From: an uncultured Collinsella sp. | GTDB lineage: Bacteria > Actinomycetota > Coriobacteriia > Coriobacteriales > Coriobacteriaceae | Direction of reading: 5' to 3' | Length of the DNA stretch: 64,000 nucleotides | Assembly (NCBI GenBank): GCA_900543515.1 | Contig: UQRW01000001.1 | Span: forward strand, 47,134-111,133 | Part shown: piece after piece, positions 58,934-64,000 of the stretch | How the letters are laid out: every line of letters begins with the position of its first letter | Numbering within the stretch: position 1 is the stretch's first letter | Translations under genes and position numbers: made by a program | The notes under the pieces: model-generated | What the model was told of the DNA's origin: nothing | The model's database searches: none | Seen by the model: the letters and a program-made list of their open reading frames with translations, nothing else

Positions 58934-59854
58934 CTACACGCGCAGGTAGCGGCGCATGGCAATGGCAGAACCAAAGAGACCGATAATCACGCCGACCAGA
59001 ATCAGCGCAGCATAGGTCACCAGGTAGTACTGCATCGGCAGGGCAAACGACATCCAGCCGATGCTCTCCTGCAGACGCGGAATCATCAGATTGCGCAGCA
59101 GCTCCAGAACGCCGATGGAAAGCAGCGAGCCCAAAATGGCCTGCAGCACGCCCTCGGTGATAAACGGGCCGCGAATGAAGCCGTTGCTGGCGCCGACCAG
59201 ACGCATAATCGCAATCTCACGACGACGCGCCGTAATGGACAGGCGAATCGTGTTGTTGATAAAGATGAACGCGATAAAAGTCAGCAGGCCAACAAGCACC
59301 ACGGCGGCGATGCGGATGTAGTTGGTCACCTGGAACAGGCGGCTCACTTCCTCCTGGCCGTACAGCACGCTCGCGTTGACGTCGCCGTCATCCGCGATCT
59401 TCTGGAAATCGGCATCCTTCTTGAGCTTCTTTGCCGTGCTCTCGACCTTGGACGGATCGTCCATCTCAATAGCGAAGGAAGCCGGCAGCGGGTTCTGGCC
59501 ATCGAGCGCGCTCATGGTGGCGTCGGCGTTGCCCGACATCTTGCTCGTATACTCGGCCAGCGCGTCGTCCTTGTCCTTATAGGTCACGGACTTGACGTTA
59601 TTCCACGTCTTAAGCTCGGCCTCAAAAGCCTGAACATCAGCCTGATCGGCGTCATCGCTAATGAACGCGTTGATGACAACCTGATCCTCGACGGTGCCGA
59701 TCACGGAGTTCAGCATCGCAGAGCCCATGATGAACAGGCCGATGATAAACAGCGAAAGGAAGATCGTGATGACGGCGCCGAGCGAGGTAGTCCAGTTACG
59801 GAAGAAGTGGCTGATTGCCTCTTTGAAGGAGTAGCCCACGTTAGTTGGTGCCAT
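58934..59854 (-). CDS. ftsX: Cell-division ABC transporter permease FtsX
   Basis: 306 aa with four TM segments and a large periplasmic loop; overlaps the ftsE stop. Confidence 0.85.
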   Translation of the reverse strand: MAPTNVGYSFKEAISHFFRNWTTSLGAVITIFLSLFIIGLFIMGSAMLNSVIGTVEDQVVINAFISDDADQADVQAFEAELKTWNNVKSVTYKDKDDALAEYTSKMSGNADATMSALDGQNPLPASFAIEMDDPSKVESTAKKLKKDADFQKIADDGDVNASVLYGQEEVSRLFQVTNYIRIAAVVLVGLLTFIAFIFINNTIRLSITARRREIAIMRLVGASNGFIRGPFITEGVLQAILGSLLSIGVLELLRNLMIPRLQESIGWMSFALPMQYYLVTYAALILVGVIIGLFGSAIAMRRYLRV

Positions 59855-61061
59855 AGTTGCCGTAACCTCCCCTCTCCTGGTCGCGAATAACGTGGCCGCC
59901 CTCGAGGGCGATCACGCGACGGTGCATGCTATCGACCATCTCGCGGTCGTGCGTGGCGACGATCACGGTGGTGCCGGTGCGGTTAATACGCTCGAGCAGC
60001 TTCATGATGCCCAGCGAGATAGCCGGGTCGAGGTTGCCCGTGGGCTCGTCGCAGATCAGCAGCGGCGGACGGTTGACCATAGCACGGGCGACGGCAACGC
60101 GCTGCTGCTCGCCACCGGAAAGCTGGTCGGGCAGCGAGTCCATCTGATCGGCCAGACCAACCAGACGCAGCACCTCGGGCACCTGGCTGCGAATGACGCC
60201 CTTGGGCTTGCCGATGCACTGCAGGGCAAACGCCACGTTTTCGTAGGCGGTCTTTTGCGGCAGAAGCTTAAAGTCCTGGAACACGGCGCCAATCTGGCGG
60301 CGCAGGAACGGAACCTTGCGGTTCTTGATCTTCATGAGGTCCTGACCGGCAACCAGGATGCGGCCGCTCGTCGGCTTGACGTCGCGGTTGAGCGTCGACA
60401 GCAGCGTGGTCTTACCCGAACCGGAGTGACCGACCAGGAAGACGAACTCGCCCGGATAGATCTCGATGTTGATGTCGTCGAGTGCGGGCTTGTTGGGCTG
60501 TGCCGGATAGATCTTGGTGACATGCTCCATAAGGATGACGGGCTCGACACCGGCCTGCTTGGCCATCTTCTTGCGGCTGGCCTGCGGATCGATGGGCGCA
60601 AACACCGACGTAAAATCGGGGTTGTTGAGCGCGTTATCGAGGCTTGCGACCTCGGCGGCCTGATCGCTCTCGACCACCGGGGCAGCAGGCTGCGTGGGGT
60701 CGGGAATAGCGGCAAAGAGACCGGACTGCGCAGGCTGAGGAGCCGGCGTCGCAGGGGCCAAGGGGTCGGGAATGCCGGCCATGGTAGGCTGCGGCGTGGC
60801 GGCACCAGTCTGAGGCTGCTCCACGCGAGCGGTCACGGCCTGAACGGACTCAAAACCCGCCGCGCCGGAAAGCGCAACATCGCTGGTGGGATTGTAGGCA
60901 AAGGGATCGGATGCCGGCTGTGCCTGATCTGCCGGCTGAGCGGGGGCCTGAGCAACAGGCTGGCCCTCTGAATCCGGAGTGGCGAAACGACTGCCCTGGA
61001 CGCCTGCCTGCGTCTTGGGGGCATCATCGCCCGCACCGGAGGTACGGAAGTGGTTACCCAC
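59841..61061 (-). CDS. ftsE: Cell-division ATP-binding protein FtsE with ~170-aa Pro/Ala/Gln-rich N-terminal extension
   Basis: GHSGSGKTT, LSGGEQQRVAVARA and ICDEPTGNLD motifs. GTG start at 61061 preceded by a strong AAGGAG RBS 6 nt upstream. Confidence 0.8.
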   Translation of the reverse strand: MGNHFRTSGAGDDAPKTQAGVQGSRFATPDSEGQPVAQAPAQPADQAQPASDPFAYNPTSDVALSGAAGFESVQAVTARVEQPQTGAATPQPTMAGIPDPLAPATPAPQPAQSGLFAAIPDPTQPAAPVVESDQAAEVASLDNALNNPDFTSVFAPIDPQASRKKMAKQAGVEPVILMEHVTKIYPAQPNKPALDDINIEIYPGEFVFLVGHSGSGKTTLLSTLNRDVKPTSGRILVAGQDLMKIKNRKVPFLRRQIGAVFQDFKLLPQKTAYENVAFALQCIGKPKGVIRSQVPEVLRLVGLADQMDSLPDQLSGGEQQRVAVARAMVNRPPLLICDEPTGNLDPAISLGIMKLLERINRTGTTVIVATHDREMVDSMHRRVIALEGGHVIRDQERGGYGNYGTN

Positions 61062-61507
61062 TGGTGCTCCTTATCGTCGTGCGTTTAAACTACATGAGCG
61101 CTTTGTATTTTAGCAGCATTAGCTTTACTGCACATAAGAAGCATGGCGTGCTTAGGGATCCCGTCGGCCGGGCGCAGGGCTACTCTCCAAATCGTCCTCG
61201 GACATGTCGGAGCCCCCGCTGCGCGCTTCGCGCGGCGGGGGCTCCTCCGTCCTGCGGAAAGATTTGGAGAGTAGCCCTGTGCCCGGCCTGCGGCTACTAA
61301 GGAGTCGCCGTGTTTCTATTAGGTGCAGCAAATGCATGCTTAGGAGGGTCTGAATTGCACTTTGTTGGAATGGGCCCGTTTCCCCATGGGAACTTTGCTT
61401 GGCAGGGCTCTAATTTAAATTCAACAAAAACAGGGGCGCTCTCTTTGAGGACGCCCCTGTTCTGGCTTGCATGTGGTTGTTGAGGCGATACTTTGCCTCG
61501 TCTTGTC

Positions 61508-62449
61508 CTAGGCCAAGAACTCCTTGGTGGTTGCCACGATGTTGGCGGCGTCCAGGCCGTACTTGTGCAGGAGCTCGGCGCCCGGGCCGGACTCGCCGAA
61601 GGTGTCGTTGACGCCAATCTTCTTGAGCGGCGTCGGGCACTGCTCGCACAGGACGTCGGCAACGGCGCTGCCCAGGCCACCGATCACGGAGTGCTCCTCG
61701 ACGGTCACGACGTGGCCGGTCTTGGTGGCGCTCTTGACGATCAGGTCGGCATCGATGGGCTTGATGGTGTGCATGTTGATGACCTCGGCGTCGATGCCCT
61801 CGGCAGCAAGCTGCTCGGCGGCCTCGAGAGCCTCACCGACCATCAGGCCGCAGGCAATGATGGTCACATCGGCTCCCTCGCGCATGACAATGCCCTTGCC
61901 CAACTCGAACTTGTAGGTCTCGGGGTCGTTGATAACCGGCGAGGCCAAACGGGCGAAGCGCATGTACACGGGGCCATCGCACTCGTAGGCGGCGCGCGTC
62001 ACGGCACGGGCCTCCACATCGTCGGCGGGAACGATAACGGTCATGCCGGGGATGACGCGCATGAGGGCGATATCCTCGCAGCACTGGTGCGTGGCACCAT
62101 CCTCGCCCACCGAGATGCCGGCGTGCGTGGCACCGATCTTAACGTTAAGGTGCGGATAGCCGATGGAGTTACGAACCTGCTCAAAGGCGCGGCCGGCGGC
62201 AAACATGGCAAAGCTGCTCGCGAAGGCGACGCGGCCGGTGGTCGCGATACCGGCGGCAACACCCATCAGGTTGCTCTCGGCGATGCCCACATCGAAGAAG
62301 CGGTCGGGGCAAGCGGCCTTAAACTTACCGGTCTGCGTGGCGGCGGCCAGGTCGGCGTCGAGGACCACAAAGTCATCGTGCTCGTTGGCGAGCTCGACGA
62401 GGGCCTCGCCGTAGCTTACACGCGTGGCGATTTTCTTGACGTCTGCCAT
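61508..62449 (-). CDS. Transketolase, C-terminal (pyrimidine-binding) subunit
   Basis: MADVKKIATRVSYGEAL start (RBS GGAGAGGAG); split-transketolase TktB-like. Confidence 0.8.
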   Translation of the reverse strand: MADVKKIATRVSYGEALVELANEHDDFVVLDADLAAATQTGKFKAACPDRFFDVGIAESNLMGVAAGIATTGRVAFASSFAMFAAGRAFEQVRNSIGYPHLNVKIGATHAGISVGEDGATHQCCEDIALMRVIPGMTVIVPADDVEARAVTRAAYECDGPVYMRFARLASPVINDPETYKFELGKGIVMREGADVTIIACGLMVGEALEAAEQLAAEGIDAEVINMHTIKPIDADLIVKSATKTGHVVTVEEHSVIGGLGSAVADVLCEQCPTPLKKIGVNDTFGESGPGAELLHKYGLDAANIVATTKEFLA

Positions 62450-62450
62450 C

Positions 62451-63281
62451 CTAGAGCTCCTCTCCGGCGGCCGTGAGCTCTGCCATGGCCTGCTCAAACT
62501 GTTCATCGTTGGGGGCCTTGCCGTGCCAACCAACCTGGTTCTCCATAAAGGAAACGCCCTTGCCCTTCATGGTCTCGGCGATGATGGCGGTCGGCTGACC
62601 CTTGGTGGCGCGGGCCTCGGCAAAGGCGGCGCGGATCTGATCGAAATCGTTGCCGTCGGCAAGCTCCACCACGTGGAACTTAAAGGCGCGGAACTTGTCG
62701 GCGAGCGGCATGGGGTCGTTGACCTCCTCGACGGGGCCGTCGATCTGCAGGCCGTTGTGGTCGACGATCACGCAGAGGTTATCGAGCTGCTGGTTGCCGG
62801 CAAACATGGCTGCCTCCCAGACCTGGCCCTCCTCGCTCTCGCCATCACCCAGCAGGGCGTACGTGCGGTAAGTATCGCCCCAGTGCTTGGCGGCAACCGC
62901 CATGCCCACGGCGGCGGAGATGCCCTGGCCGAGCGAGCCGGTGGACATATCGACGCCCGGGGTGTCGTTCATGTTGGGATGACCTTGCAGGTGGCTGCCG
63001 ATATGGCGCAGCGTCTCGAGATCCTCCTTGGGGAAGAACCCACGCTCGGCGAGCACGGCGTACAGGCCCGGAGCGCAATGGCCCTTGGAGAGCACAAAAC
63101 GGTCGCGATCGGCCTTGCGGGGATCGGCCGGGTCGACGTTCATTTCCTCAAAGTACAGATAGGTCATGATGTCGGCAGCGCCGAGCGAACCGCCCGGATG
63201 GCCGGACTTGGCAGCGTGCACGCCGGTGACGATGCCCTTCCTTACCTCGTTGGCAACCTTTTTGAGCTCTTCGTCGCTCAT
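62451..63281 (-). CDS. Transketolase, N-terminal (thiamine-diphosphate-binding) subunit
   Basis: GHPGGSLGAADI and GDGESEEG ThDP motifs; RBS AAGGAAGG. Confidence 0.8.
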   Translation of the reverse strand: MSDEELKKVANEVRKGIVTGVHAAKSGHPGGSLGAADIMTYLYFEEMNVDPADPRKADRDRFVLSKGHCAPGLYAVLAERGFFPKEDLETLRHIGSHLQGHPNMNDTPGVDMSTGSLGQGISAAVGMAVAAKHWGDTYRTYALLGDGESEEGQVWEAAMFAGNQQLDNLCVIVDHNGLQIDGPVEEVNDPMPLADKFRAFKFHVVELADGNDFDQIRAAFAEARATKGQPTAIIAETMKGKGVSFMENQVGWHGKAPNDEQFEQAMAELTAAGEEL

Positions 63282-63488
63282 TGTGCCTTCCTTTCATCCT
63301 CTTTAGACAAAATGCGCACGGCACAGAAGGTCGTCCCAACCCAGCCGCGATGCACGTACGCCATTCATTATGCTGGAAACTGGAAGCTTTACCAGAGTAT
63401 TTATCATTATTTGAGCAATTGAGCAGGCAGAACCGCTGATGAAACGGTTTACCAATGTGAACGTCTTTTGGATGGAACGCAGTCGACC

Positions 63489-64000
63489 CTACGCGTTAAT
63501 GTCCTTGAAGCCCTCGCCGAAGGTTTCCGTGACGTCGGCCACGGTCACGATGGCGCGCGGGTCGCGCTCGCGCACGATCGTCTTGAGCGTGTTGAGCTCG
63601 CGACGACTCACGATTACCATGATCACCGGCTTCTCGGCACCCGAGTACATGCCGGTCGCCTTAAACTTGGTGCAGCCGCGACCCAGGCCATACATGATGT
63701 CGGCCGCGATATCGGGAAACTTGTCCGAGATGATGAGTACCATACGGCGCCTGTTGCCGCCGTCGACCACGGCATCGATCACGTAGCCGCTAATGACCAT
63801 CGAAAGGCCCGCATACAGCGCGTTTTCGACCGAGAAGACCGGGGCCGACAGCGCGCACACGGCAACGTCGATCGCCATGACGGTCGAGCCAACCGGCAGC
63901 GATGTGTTGCGCGAGATAATCTGACCGATAGTGTCAGAGCCGCCAGTGTTGGCACCGGCGCGCAGCACCATGCCGTAGCCGATACCCGTGATAATGCCGC
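63489..64000 (-). CDS. YitT-family (DUF161/DUF2179) membrane protein; partial, N-terminus beyond window end
   Basis: The frame stays open to position 64000. ...GMVLRAGANTGGSDTIGQII...ENALYAGLSMVISGYVID matches the YitT core. Confidence 0.6.
   Translation of the reverse strand, partial: GIITGIGYGMVLRAGANTGGSDTIGQIISRNTSLPVGSTVMAIDVAVCALSAPVFSVENALYAGLSMVISGYVIDAVVDGGNRRRMVLIISDKFPDIAADIMYGLGRGCTKFKATGMYSGAEKPVIMVIVSRRELNTLKTIVRERDPRAIVTVADVTETFGEGFKDINA

Noticed and set aside
59892-63422. Plus-strand ORFs of 359, 327 and 332 aa
   Set aside because: Antisense of ftsE and of the two transketolase subunit genes.

Overview
High-GC (~63-66%) chromosomal window from a Gram-positive anaerobe; gene content and codon usage suggest Actinomycetota, probably Coriobacteriia (low confidence). 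Most long plus-strand ORFs in the track are antisense shadows of minus-strand genes, which is typical at this GC. Core content: an AddB-AddA helicase-nuclease pair (AddA runs off the 5' edge), a cysteine locus (Rrf2 regulator divergent from cysK), mnmA, an M42 peptidase, an iron-type alcohol dehydrogenase, a YgiQ radical-SAM protein, a glutamate-synthase-linked (group A2-like) [FeFe]-hydrogenase locus (HydA plus a NuoF-FeS/GltD fusion partner, next to a flavodoxin-ferredoxin gene and an ABC transporter), a DEAD-box helicase with a long RGG tail, a copA-copZ-csoR copper operon, gltB-gltD, gpmA, mntH, rubredoxin plus flavin reductase, smpB, tRNA-Glu and tRNA-Gln, RNase R, ftsEX, and a split transketolase. 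Accessory pockets: a monocistronic HipA-like kinase with a fused HTH; a low-GC islet with a DUF567-like gene; an orphan DinJ-like gene next to a CPBP protease; an FHA protein plus a transmembrane Ser/Thr kinase; an AbiEi/DUF559 gene and an unknown gene bracketed by repeats; and a small island (resolvase, VanZ, ArsC/Spx-like, tandem hairpins) between the tRNAs and rnr. The most unusual signal is a dispersed family of eight ~57-bp palindromic repeat units (GTCTCGATCTGTAACAG arms with variable ~24-nt centres) in intergenic DNA between 30.8 and 51.1 kb, plus several other large perfect palindromes and a recurring GATCCCTTGGGGACGGAGGAAAA motif. No CRISPR array, rRNA or intact transposase was seen. 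Coordinates for non-ORF features were read by hand and may be off by 1-2 nt.
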